This document shows positions 18,227 through 27,671 of a stretch of DNA of 64,000 bases, in pieces (positions within the stretch are counted from its first letter, which is position 1; each line of letters opens with the position of its first letter). The notes beneath the pieces are model-generated. The model searched no databases and was not told where the DNA came from. It saw only the letters and a program-made list of their open reading frames with translations. Made by a program: the position numbers and the translations under genes. The stretch spans positions 75,680-139,679 of the forward strand of contig JBBSXC010000001.1 of NCBI GenBank assembly GCA_038045945.1, read 5' to 3'. Origin of the DNA: Nanobdellota archaeon. GTDB taxonomy: Archaea; Nanobdellota; Nanobdellia; Pacearchaeales; GW2011-AR1.

Positions 18227-18745
18227 ATGGATTCTAAACAAGCTGATTCTTTTTTGGGTTTTACTTATTTAAGTCTTGATGCTTTGCAACAATTCTTAAG
18301 TGTTGATATTCCAAAGGCGAGGGATCCTTCTGTTCGTTTTCCTTCTTTAAGGCTTGATGATATAAGAGTTGTTGGTGTTGGCTCTTCTCATGATGGAACT
18401 AAGGCAGTTAGAGCTACTATTAGGGATTATTTTAGTTCTAGGAACGGAGATGTTTCTGGTAAGATAGTTTATGGCAAGGTTTTAGCTACTATGTCTGATG
18501 ATCATAAAGGGGTTGTTGAGGCTGTAAGGTTTAGGCTCGATAGAGAAATACCTTTGATTAATCCTAGAAGTGGTGGTAGGCGTTGTAATTTTGCTCCTGA
18601 AACTAGTATTAGTCCTTGTAATACGAAAGTTTTAGCTCTTCATAATAAGGATAATTTTAGGTTGATGTTTGGTGCTGGTACTCTTAGTTTTTCTCAGGAT
18701 TATTTTATTTCTGAGAAAGGTCTTGATCTTATGTATTCTTTCTAA
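18227..18745 (+). CDS. hypothetical protein
   Basis: 172-aa ORF with TTTATAAA about 23 nt upstream. Confidence 0.6.
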   Translation: MDSKQADSFLGFTYLSLDALQQFLSVDIPKARDPSVRFPSLRLDDIRVVGVGSSHDGTKAVRATIRDYFSSRNGDVSGKIVYGKVLATMSDDHKGVVEAVRFRLDREIPLINPRSGGRRCNFAPETSISPCNTKVLALHNKDNFRLMFGAGTLSFSQDYFISEKGLDLMYSF

Positions 18746-18757
18746 AAAAAAAGTTTT

Positions 18758-20794
18758 TTAGTGGTATTCGTTTCTTGCTTTGAATGAGTCTATGAATTTG
18801 CTGTTGTCGTCTCTGTTTACTACGCTGTTTAGTTCGTATGCTTCTGTGTCTCCTTTAACTATCTTTTTGACTTTTGTTGCTGATGCTACTCTTCTTTGCA
18901 TTTGTTGTGATAGTAATACTTCGCTTGTTGCTCCGTCTGCTAATTTTTTTGCTAGGCTTAGTGTTTGTCCTAGGCTTGTGAATTTTAGTTTTTTTGTTTG
19001 TTTGTCTATTTCTACTACTAGGTCTCCGTGGTTTATTCCTATTCCGAATTCTATTTTGTTTGCTGGGTTTGATTTTGAGTTGTGTAGTGTTAGTACGGAT
19101 TTTATTTCTTGTGCTATTATTAGGCTTGTGTTTTCTGTTTTGTATGTTTTCGTTGCGCTTGGTGCTAGTATTCCTATGATGAATTCTTCTGCTTGGTATA
19201 CTGATCCTTTAACTTTTGTTATTTGTGCTATTATTGTTTCTAGTGCTGTTTTGTAGTAGTCTTGTTTTTCTATTTTTTGTTTGTTTTTTATTTTTATTGC
19301 TATTATTGAGCATGGTTCTTTAACTCCCCTTATTACTAGTGAGTGTTCTGCTTCTTTTGGTGTTACTCTTCCTATTGTTACGTCTGAGCTTCTTATTGTG
19401 CTTATGTTTGGTGCTTCGTAGTTTGTGTTTCCGTACTTGTTTCCTTTTACAAGCCTACTTAATGCTGCCAGTGAAGGCATGTAGTGTATGAATTTTTGTT
19501 TTCCTAAGCCTTTTGATACTCCGAATATGAATAGTCCTAATACGCCTAGTATGAATAGCCATACTAGCGAGTATCTTGTTATTATTGATGTGCTGTCTGC
19601 TACGTCGATAAGTCTTACTGCATTACCTGTTAGTGATATTCCTGATGCTGAGAATTTTCCTACCCCATCTGTTGCTGATACGTCGTAACTTCCGTCTGGT
19701 GCTTGTAAACTGTATATTGCGCTTTCACCAACTCCTAATTCTAAGTCTATTATTTCTTTGTTTGGTCCTATTCCTACCTCAACGCTTTTTTTGTATGGTA
19801 CGTTTCCCGTATTTGCTATTTTTAGTGTTGTGTTGACTATTTCGAATGTTACTTTTTCTACTTCTGGTACGTAGAAGAATCGTTTGTTGCTTAGTGATTC
19901 TACTTTTACTACTATTGTTCTGTATCCTGGTGTTTCGTTTATTGGTAAATCAATCATTATGTCTTCTCCCGAGTTTACTATTTGGTCGTTTATTTTTGTG
20001 TCTTCTCCGTTTAGTAATGAGTATCTTGCTTGTGTTGTTATTTCTTTATCTGTTTGGTCGTATACTAATATTTTGAATTTGTATGGTGTTCCTGGTGTTG
20101 CTTCTTGGTTTTCTATTGATACTTCTATTTTTCTTGCTTCTTGTTTTACGAATATGTTGCTTTCTAGGTTTGCGTCGTTTATTATGTTTCCTTGTTTGTC
20201 TTTTTCGTAAACTTTTGTTTTTATTGAGTATGTTCCTGATGCCATGTTTTGTGGTAGGCTGAAGTTGTATACTGCTACTCCGTTAATTACTGGTAAGTCT
20301 AGTGATATTCCTGCTTCTGCGAATGTTACTGATGCGAATCCGTTTATTGCTTTTCCGTTTGCTTTTGTTGCGCTTATTCTTATGATTATGCTTTCGCTAG
20401 GCCCTACTTCTTTTTTGTCTATTTCTGCGTATGCGTCGGTGTGGTCGCTTATTGTGAATGTTTGGCTTTGAACTGATGATGTTCCGTATGTTGCTGCTAT
20501 GAAGCATGATCCTTTTAGTGGTCCTATGAATGAGTTTGATAAAGTGAATGATTTTCTTACAATTGTTGATGATAATATGTCGTGTGTTATTACTACTTTG
20601 TTTTGTTCGCAGTTAAGACTCATATCGAAGAAGTTGTCTGATAAGCTGTCCACTGTTGCTGCTAGTGTTATTTCGTCGCCTAAGTTGTAAATTGCTGCTG
20701 GTTGTTCTAAGAATACTTCAGCTCGCACAGCGCTAACTGTTAGTAATAATGTTACTGCTAAAACTATTAATAATACTGTTGATGACTTCACCAT
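18758..20794 (-). CDS. single-pass surface protein: Ig-like ectodomain plus degenerate class III nucleotide cyclase domain
   Basis: Signal peptide, beta-rich ectodomain (NTGNV), one TM, cytoplasmic FGIGINHGDLVV...KFTSLGQTLSLAKKL...EVLLS. Confidence 0.7.
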   Translation of the reverse strand: MVKSSTVLLIVLAVTLLLTVSAVRAEVFLEQPAAIYNLGDEITLAATVDSLSDNFFDMSLNCEQNKVVITHDILSSTIVRKSFTLSNSFIGPLKGSCFIAATYGTSSVQSQTFTISDHTDAYAEIDKKEVGPSESIIIRISATKANGKAINGFASVTFAEAGISLDLPVINGVAVYNFSLPQNMASGTYSIKTKVYEKDKQGNIINDANLESNIFVKQEARKIEVSIENQEATPGTPYKFKILVYDQTDKEITTQARYSLLNGEDTKINDQIVNSGEDIMIDLPINETPGYRTIVVKVESLSNKRFFYVPEVEKVTFEIVNTTLKIANTGNVPYKKSVEVGIGPNKEIIDLELGVGESAIYSLQAPDGSYDVSATDGVGKFSASGISLTGNAVRLIDVADSTSIITRYSLVWLFILGVLGLFIFGVSKGLGKQKFIHYMPSLAALSRLVKGNKYGNTNYEAPNISTIRSSDVTIGRVTPKEAEHSLVIRGVKEPCSIIAIKIKNKQKIEKQDYYKTALETIIAQITKVKGSVYQAEEFIIGILAPSATKTYKTENTSLIIAQEIKSVLTLHNSKSNPANKIEFGIGINHGDLVVEIDKQTKKLKFTSLGQTLSLAKKLADGATSEVLLSQQMQRRVASATKVKKIVKGDTEAYELNSVVNRDDNSKFIDSFKARNEYH

Positions 20795-20914
20795 TTTTCT
20801 TCTATAGTGTTATCGAGCAAATAATGTATATAAATGTTATGAGGAAGAGAAACATACAATAAAGATAGTTATTTATCAGCAATCTCTGCAGACAAAGTTT
20901 ATATAATTAGGATT

Positions 20915-22057
20915 ATGACTGTTTTTATGGTAAAGGGTGAATCAATGAAGGTTACTCCTTATGAAGCAAAAGGGGAAATAGACTATGATCAATTAGTAAA
21001 ACAGTTCGGTGTTGAGAGGATTGATCAAGATTTAATGAAGAGGATAGAAAAGAAGGCAGGTGAGCTACATTTCATGCTTCGCAGAGGAGTCTTTTTTGCG
21101 CATAGAGACTTAAAATTTGTACTTGAAGAGTACGATAAGGGAAACAAGTTTTATCTTTACACTGGGAGAGCTCCAAGTGGACCAATACATTTAGGGCATC
21201 TACAACCTTGGATTTTTACTAAGTGGTTACAGGATACTTTTGGTGTAGAGTTATGGTTTCAATTCCCTGATGAAGAAAAATTTTTGTTTAAACCAGAGAT
21301 GAGTTTTGAGGATGGACAAAAATATCTTAATGATAATATGTTGGACATTATAGCTTTAGGTTTTGATCCTAAAAAGACTCACTTCTTGATAGATACTAAG
21401 CATGCAAATGCTATGTACAAAGAAGCATGTAAAGTAGCAAAAAAGATTACTTTTAACATGGTAAGGTCATCATTCGGATTTGATGAAAGTGATAATATAG
21501 GATTAATATTTTACACTAGTATGCAAGCTGTTCCAGCATTTTTGCCTTCGGTAATCGCAAAAAAGAATATTCCTTGTTTGATTCCTCACGCAGTTGACCA
21601 AGACGTCCACTTTAGGTTAACTAGGGATATTTTGCCAAAACTAGGTTATTATAAACCTGCAAGTATTCAATGCGTATTTTTGCCGCCTTTACAGGGGGTT
21701 GCTGGAAAGATGAGTTCATCACAAAGCAGTGAAGCAATACTAACTACTGATACACCAAAGGAAGTTGAGCGTAAGATTAACAGGTACGCTTTTAGTGGGG
21801 GAAGAGATACCATTGAGGAGCATCGTAAACTTGGAGGAAATCCTGATGTTGATGTTTCTTACCAATATTTGAGGATGCTATTAGAAGATGATGATAAGAA
21901 ACTAAAAAAGATTCATGATGATTATAAGAGTGGAAAGATGACAACAGGCGAATTAAAGAAATATACTATTGATAAAATTAATTCTTTTTTAGCAGTTCAT
22001 CAAAAGAAGCGCGAAGAAGCAAAAAAGGTTGTTGACAAATTTATTTGGAAAGAATGA
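20915..22057 (+). CDS. trpS: tryptophanyl-tRNA synthetase (archaeal/eukaryotic type)
   Basis: LYTGRAPSG.IHLGH, DQDVHFR, KMSSS, AFSGG. Confidence 0.96.
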   Translation: MTVFMVKGESMKVTPYEAKGEIDYDQLVKQFGVERIDQDLMKRIEKKAGELHFMLRRGVFFAHRDLKFVLEEYDKGNKFYLYTGRAPSGPIHLGHLQPWIFTKWLQDTFGVELWFQFPDEEKFLFKPEMSFEDGQKYLNDNMLDIIALGFDPKKTHFLIDTKHANAMYKEACKVAKKITFNMVRSSFGFDESDNIGLIFYTSMQAVPAFLPSVIAKKNIPCLIPHAVDQDVHFRLTRDILPKLGYYKPASIQCVFLPPLQGVAGKMSSSQSSEAILTTDTPKEVERKINRYAFSGGRDTIEEHRKLGGNPDVDVSYQYLRMLLEDDDKKLKKIHDDYKSGKMTTGELKKYTIDKINSFLAVHQKKREEAKKVVDKFIWKE

Positions 22058-22058
22058 A

Positions 22059-22697
22059 TTATTTTTCTTTATAAAAGACGTGTTTGAATTCTTTAGCATT
22101 TTTTATTTCATCAAAAGTTTTTCTTTCCATTAGTTTTGAGCCAGCCCATTTAGGACTAATAGCTAAAGTGTGATAATGAGTTTGTCCAAGATTATAAGAA
22201 TTGGAATTTTCTCCTAAGACAGTATCTGCAGCTGTTAAGCATTCTTCCCATGATTTCGAGTCATATCTTTGTGGGTCCATAAGTTTTTTCTTATTAGGAT
22301 CATTATCGTTAAAGCATGAGTATTGCCACTCTTTAAGTATAGAATCCTTTATTGTTTCCCCATTCCACTTTTTCCCATCTTTAGCTCTATTAATTGCCGT
22401 GTAAGCAATAACCCTTTTTTCTTCTCTAGAACAGTTTCTTGCTTCTCCAAAAAGCATTCTAGCAATTATTACTTTATCACTATCATTTTTAAAATCATTA
22501 GTGCTATAATCTACTTGTTTGGCTTTTTGTTTATCACTTTTTGGTAAATCAAATAATTCTAAGCGTTCTTCTAGTTGCGAGTTATTTGTTATTCCCTTAG
22601 GATTTTCTTCAGTATAAGTTTGGCTTTTATCAAAATAGTATATAAGCGCACTTAGACCTATTATTCCCCCAGCAACTATTTTTTGTCTAGTGTTCAT
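22059..22697 (-). CDS. SleB/CwlJ-like cell-wall hydrolase (Hydrolase_2), membrane-anchored
   Basis: ARMLFGEAR (catalytic Glu), AINR, WQYSCFN.NDPN, THYH....P.WA, HVFY. Confidence 0.85.
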   Translation of the reverse strand: MNTRQKIVAGGIIGLSALIYYFDKSQTYTEENPKGITNNSQLEERLELFDLPKSDKQKAKQVDYSTNDFKNDSDKVIIARMLFGEARNCSREEKRVIAYTAINRAKDGKKWNGETIKDSILKEWQYSCFNDNDPNKKKLMDPQRYDSKSWEECLTAADTVLGENSNSYNLGQTHYHTLAISPKWAGSKLMERKTFDEIKNAKEFKHVFYKEK

Positions 22698-22709
22698 TTT
22701 TGTCTAAGC

Positions 22710-22958
22710 TTATAGATGCGCTGCCTCCATTCTTCTATGCAATTTTTCTTTAGTTAATCCTAAATTTATTGCTTCGTCTAATAATTTTTCGTCAGCTAGG
22801 ATAATAGCAGCAGCTAATTCTTTACCCTCAGGAGAATAATTATTACCTGCATTATTAGAGAAGTCTGTTCTTAGTGCTTCAAGGTCTATACTTCTTTGAG
22901 CGATTATTAAAGCGTACTGAGGTTTTTCTTTTAGTTTAGAGAAGTATTCTGGTTCCAT
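22710..22958 (-). CDS. hypothetical protein
   Basis: 82-aa ORF, start overlaps the upstream stop. Confidence 0.5.
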   Translation of the reverse strand: MEPEYFSKLKEKPQYALIIAQRSIDLEALRTDFSNNAGNNYSPEGKELAAAIILADEKLLDEAINLGLTKEKLHRRMEAAHL

Positions 22959-23239
22959 TATTGATTGCTCCCTTCATAATTTTCTTCGTTAATTTTTCCA
23001 ATAGGTTTGCATTCGTCAAAAACTATTTCTTCAGCTTCAAGAACGCCTAAATCACTAGCTAAAGCAACAACTCCCCTTTCTCTTCTTTCAAGTTCTCTTG
23101 TAAGCATCCTGCTCTTATGGTGATTCAAAACTCCTGAACGGTAGCGTCCTTCAACTTGGTTATTAGCTACTTCAGCTGCATTGACGACAGGTCTAAATGC
23201 AGCAGCAGCATACAAGACTTCTTTATAGTCAACTCTCAT
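22958..23239 (-). CDS. hypothetical protein
   Basis: ATG at 23239 with TTTATATA about 22 nt upstream. Confidence 0.55.
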   Translation of the reverse strand: MRVDYKEVLYAAAAFRPVVNAAEVANNQVEGRYRSGVLNHHKSRMLTRELERRERGVVALASDLGVLEAEEIVFDECKPIGKINEENYEGSNQ

Positions 23240-23339
23240 AAAAACTACAGGAAAAAGAACTATATAAATCTTACTGATAGTGTATCTTAGTAGTAGTAAC
23301 AAAAGGAAGATTTATATAGTATTGATGAATCAATGATTT

Positions 23340-23765
23340 ATGGTTAAAAAAGAAGTTTTTGATTGTGGATGTTACAGAGTATCGGGAAACTTTTATGATG
23401 ACAATGACGAAACTATAGCAACAGCTGTGGCTAGTGCTGCAAGGGAAGCTGAAGTAGCATCAAGAAATGCTAGTCAAAGACCAAAAGATTTGGACTTAAT
23501 AGCGGGTAGTTTAGATGTCAGATTCAGAATTAGAGGATTTAGGGGGGAAGGAAGTCCTAGGGAATGGAGAACTGCTCCATTGAGTAATTTATCACATGCA
23601 GCCGGTTTTACTCGTGAGAAAGCAATAAGAGACTTTGGAAGAGCAAACTACCAGTTATTGGAAGATCCATTAATGCCACTACAAGAACACATATATGGGG
23701 ACGGGATGTACAGAGCTACTCTAGAAAAAGCGCAATTAGCTGTAAAGTTAGAAGAAATGAGATAA
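23340..23765 (+). CDS. hypothetical protein
   Basis: 141-aa ORF with TTTATATA upstream. Confidence 0.55.
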   Translation: MVKKEVFDCGCYRVSGNFYDDNDETIATAVASAAREAEVASRNASQRPKDLDLIAGSLDVRFRIRGFRGEGSPREWRTAPLSNLSHAAGFTREKAIRDFGRANYQLLEDPLMPLQEHIYGDGMYRATLEKAQLAVKLEEMR

Positions 23766-23829
23766 AAAGTGAGAAAAATTATTATTATCTAATTAAAACT
23801 TTTATAAACTCTTCTTTTGTTGTTATTGT

Positions 23830-25128
23830 ATGGCTGATTTTAAGTTTAATTTTGGTGATTTTGTTAAGATTAAGGATAATAATGAATTTTTAGAGGGCGT
23901 TATACTTGAGAGTCCTGATAGCGAGTTTTATTTGTTGAAGCTTAATAGTGGTTATAATATTGGTGTTAGAAAAGAGAATATTGTTTCAATAGAGGTCGTT
24001 AATAGGAGGGTTGTGGAAAAAGTTGTTGATGTTAAGAAAAGTGTTGATAGTGGTCTTCCTAAAGTTGATATTATTATGACAGGTGGCACTATTAGTAGTC
24101 GTCTTGATTATAGAACTGGTGGTGTTACTAGTCTTACAAGCCCAGAGGACTTTTTTCGTTTTTACCCAGAAATTTTTAAGATTGCGAGCGTTAATAGGGT
24201 TGTTGTTCCTTTCATGAAGTTGTCAGAGAACATGGAGATTAAAGATTGGAAGATTATTGGTGAAGAAGTTGAGAAGAGTATGAATAATCCTGAGGTTGAT
24301 GGTGTTATTGTTACTCATGGTACTGATATTTTACATTATACTTCTTCTGCTTTATCTTTTTTCTTTCCTAAGCCTAATAAGCCTGTAGTTTTGACTTTTA
24401 GTCAGAAGAGTACTGATAGGGCTTCTTCTGATGCTTCTTTGAATTTGCAGTGTGCTGCTAGACTTGCAGTATCAAATATTGCCGAGGTTGTTATTGTTGG
24501 TCATTCTAGTACTAATGATGATTTTTGTTATGCTCTTCTGGGAACTAAGGTTAGGAAGATGCATTCTACTTCTAGAGATGCTTTCAAACCTGTGAATATT
24601 GATCCTTTAGTTAAGGTTTATTCTGATAGGATTGAGAAGTTGAATTATTTTAGAGAGAGACCTTCTAAGTCTGATAAGAGTGAAAAATTAAAGGGCGATA
24701 TATTTATTAGTGAAAAGGTTGGCCTAATAAAGTTTTATCCTGGTCAAAGTTTTGAGATACTTGATTATTATTCTAAGATTTGTGAAGCTTTAATAATTGA
24801 AGGTGTTGGCGTTGGTAATGTTCCTGTTGAGGGTAATAATTCTTGGATTCCTTCTATTAAGAAGGCTATTAATAATGGTATGATGATTTTTATGACTTCT
24901 CAGACTGTTTTTGGTAGGACAGAGCCTTATGTTTATTCTACGGCTAGAGATTTGCAAAAAGCTGGCGTGATTTTTTTAGAGGATATGTTGAGTGAGGCTG
25001 CTTTTGTTAAGCTTTCTTGGGTTCTTGGTAATAAGAATTGGAATAAGGATAAAGAAACTATTAAGAAGAAGATGCTTGAGAATGTTAGTGGTGAGATTAA
25101 TAATAGATTGCAGTTAAGGGGGGATTAG
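23830..25128 (+). CDS. gatD: Glu-tRNA(Gln) amidotransferase subunit D
   Basis: KLNSGYNIG, TGGTISSRLDY.TG, THGTD, RKMH..SRDAF, VYSTAR. Confidence 0.95.
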   Translation: MADFKFNFGDFVKIKDNNEFLEGVILESPDSEFYLLKLNSGYNIGVRKENIVSIEVVNRRVVEKVVDVKKSVDSGLPKVDIIMTGGTISSRLDYRTGGVTSLTSPEDFFRFYPEIFKIASVNRVVVPFMKLSENMEIKDWKIIGEEVEKSMNNPEVDGVIVTHGTDILHYTSSALSFFFPKPNKPVVLTFSQKSTDRASSDASLNLQCAARLAVSNIAEVVIVGHSSTNDDFCYALLGTKVRKMHSTSRDAFKPVNIDPLVKVYSDRIEKLNYFRERPSKSDKSEKLKGDIFISEKVGLIKFYPGQSFEILDYYSKICEALIIEGVGVGNVPVEGNNSWIPSIKKAINNGMMIFMTSQTVFGRTEPYVYSTARDLQKAGVIFLEDMLSEAAFVKLSWVLGNKNWNKDKETIKKKMLENVSGEINNRLQLRGD

Positions 25129-25130
25129 TT

Positions 25131-25670
25131 ATGTCTGTTAAGATTACTTATTTTGTTCATGGTACAACCACGGATAATGAGGAGGGGCTTTCTACTGGCC
25201 AAAATGATGGAGAGTTATCTGAACTTGGAGTAAAACAATCAAAGGATTTGCCAGGACAAGTAAAAGATAAGTCTTTTGTTGAAGTATTCTCCTCTGATTT
25301 AAGGAGGGCTATTGATTCTTCAGAGATTTCTTTTGGTGAGAATCGCCAGATAAGAATTGATGTGAGATTAAGAGAGTGTGATTATGGCAAGCTTAATGGG
25401 TCTAAGGAAGAAAAAGTTGATTATTCAGAACACATTGATAACCCATTTCCTGATGGAGAATGCTTAAAGGATGTTGAGGAAAGAATGAGGAACTTTTTAA
25501 AATTCTTGAAAAGAAATTATTCTGGTAAACATATAGCGATTGTAGCTCATAAGGCACCACAATTAGCTTTGGAAGTTTTAACAAATAATAAGACCTGGAA
25601 GGAAGCCATTGAGCAAGATTGGAGAAAAGTTGGTAAGTGGCAACCAGGATGGATTTATACTGTTAAATAA
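25131..25670 (+). CDS. histidine phosphatase family protein
   Basis: VHG.T.DN, SSDL.RA, LRECDYG, IVAH. Confidence 0.85.
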   Translation: MSVKITYFVHGTTTDNEEGLSTGQNDGELSELGVKQSKDLPGQVKDKSFVEVFSSDLRRAIDSSEISFGENRQIRIDVRLRECDYGKLNGSKEEKVDYSEHIDNPFPDGECLKDVEERMRNFLKFLKRNYSGKHIAIVAHKAPQLALEVLTNNKTWKEAIEQDWRKVGKWQPGWIYTVK

Positions 25671-25682
25671 TTTTATTAGATT

Positions 25683-26369
25683 TTAAGCTAAGGGCGTTAT
25701 TGTTTTTCCAGCGAACATTACTAAGAATATTACTGCTAATACTAATAATGCTAGCGGTATTATTATTAGTGCTAGGAATGCTTTCATCTTGGTCATTTTT
25801 TGGTATTTTGCTAGTGCTGCTATTTCGAAGTAGAATACGTGTATTATTTGTATTATGAAAACTATCATTAGTCCTATGTATTCTGGACTTGTGTATGCGT
25901 CTGTTATTTGGCTTGACCCTACTCTTAGTATTAGTGCTGCGCTTAGTATTGATGTTATTATTCCATAAGGCATCCCTAAAACCGCTCCGTACGTTGATGG
26001 TTTGTATGTGTTAAAGTATCCTTGTTTTCCTCCAAATATTAGTACCCCTAAGTGTATTATTCCTGCGAATATGAATGGTGTTACAAATGAGAATATTAAT
26101 CCTGATAATAAATTGAGTATCATTCCGCCTGTGCTTGTTGGGTTATTGCTTCTTAGTATCAGTGCTGTTATTATCGTGCTTAGTATTGTTATCCACACGT
26201 ATGTTTTTACGTAGAAGAACATTATTCCCTGGTAGTCTTTTTCTTCGTTCATTGATTCAGCGAACTTTTTAGGGTGGAAGAATAATTTTGAGAATTTAGA
26301 AAAGTATCCACTTATGCCTTTAGCACCTTGGACTTTATTGCCTCTTTCTTTAGCCATTAAAAGAGTCAC
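25683..26369 (-). CDS. Yip1-family membrane protein
   Basis: FFHPKKF, HLGV.IFGG..GY..TY, five TM segments. Confidence 0.75.
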   Translation of the reverse strand: MTLLMAKERGNKVQGAKGISGYFSKFSKLFFHPKKFAESMNEEKDYQGIMFFYVKTYVWITILSTIITALILRSNNPTSTGGMILNLLSGLIFSFVTPFIFAGIIHLGVLIFGGKQGYFNTYKPSTYGAVLGMPYGIITSILSAALILRVGSSQITDAYTSPEYIGLMIVFIIQIIHVFYFEIAALAKYQKMTKMKAFLALIIIPLALLVLAVIFLVMFAGKTITPLA

Positions 26370-26471
26370 ACAAAAAGCATTAATAAAGGTTATCAGAGAA
26401 ACAATAAGCGTAGTAACTACTTATTAGTTACAAAAAGAAAGGTTTTTAAAGGAAAATGCCTGTTTATTTTA

Positions 26472-27614
26472 ATGACAGACCTAAATAAAAGCCATAGGAT
26501 TATGGGCACGATTATATATGGACTTGAAAGAGGAGTGGAAGGTAAAGAAGGATTCGAAGCATCTTTATCAAGACTTCATCTAGCCTTACTGAGCGGCCAT
26601 AAACCCGAGTATAGCTCCAAATCAGATTTTGTTAATGGAATTGTTGCTGACATGGAAAAATATTGTGGACTAGTTAAGGCTAGAAGAAATATCGTTGTTG
26701 AGGGCTCTAGCAGAGAGATGGCTACTGAAACTGAAGCACTAGAAAGCTTGAAGTATGCTGTTAAGATCGCTAAAGATTACTTAACGCCTTTTATGAGAAG
26801 GAGATTTGATTTTTCTGATAAGGTTTTTCACGATATCCATGACCTGGGAATAGCCTATGTAAACGCTGTAACTGACAGTGCTTCAGAAGAGTATATTCCT
26901 CGTGAAGCAACTGTTGATGCTAAATTAAGATCAACTAATCTTGCTAAGCAAGCTTCAAGAACGAGGAGAACTTATGCAGCAGACCATGTAAAGAAGGCAG
27001 ATTTAGAAGACACATTGTCAGTTTTGTCTGATTCAGTTTCAAAGAATACCACTGAATCTTATATGAGGCCTTATGAAAATGTTGTTGTTACTCCTAAGAA
27101 AGTTTCTAAAAAAAGAAAGTTTACTGATAGGTTGATTGATGGACTAACTACAAGCTTAGGTACCGCTGAGAAATTAGAGTTTGTTCCAGATGTTATATTC
27201 CCTATAGCTACAGGTGGCGTGGAGTTAGGTATCGATGTCGCCATTGTTTATGAAAATTTTGGTTTTGACCCAATTGTTTATCCTGTAATGTTCTCTATGA
27301 AAACTAGAAAGCATAGGCACCCTTGGACTGCAAATGATGAAGAATTTTTAAGAACTAGAAATCATGAGGGAGAAAAGTTTTTAATAACTGAAGACTGGGT
27401 TACAACTGGTAACACTGTTAGAGGAGTAATAAACGAATTAGAATCCAGTTTTCCTAAAGAAATAAGAGTGGCTACAATAAAGAGAGATCCAAAAATATCT
27501 AGAATGCCTATACTTGATAAATACAGATTCTATGTTGGCCAGTGGATCCCTTATAGAGGAAGCAAAACCGATTCAATAGCGGATCAGGCAGCACCTGAAA
27601 GTAAGTCTGAGTAG
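26472..27614 (+). CDS. protein with C-terminal type I phosphoribosyltransferase domain
   Basis: PDVIFPIATGG and FLITEDWVTTGNT PRPP-binding loop. Confidence 0.7.
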   Translation: MTDLNKSHRIMGTIIYGLERGVEGKEGFEASLSRLHLALLSGHKPEYSSKSDFVNGIVADMEKYCGLVKARRNIVVEGSSREMATETEALESLKYAVKIAKDYLTPFMRRRFDFSDKVFHDIHDLGIAYVNAVTDSASEEYIPREATVDAKLRSTNLAKQASRTRRTYAADHVKKADLEDTLSVLSDSVSKNTTESYMRPYENVVVTPKKVSKKRKFTDRLIDGLTTSLGTAEKLEFVPDVIFPIATGGVELGIDVAIVYENFGFDPIVYPVMFSMKTRKHRHPWTANDEEFLRTRNHEGEKFLITEDWVTTGNTVRGVINELESSFPKEIRVATIKRDPKISRMPILDKYRFYVGQWIPYRGSKTDSIADQAAPESKSE

Positions 27615-27671
27615 ACTTTAGTTTTTCCTCTTTTACTAAACCTTTAATAATCTCTTTGTTTTCTTTTTTTT

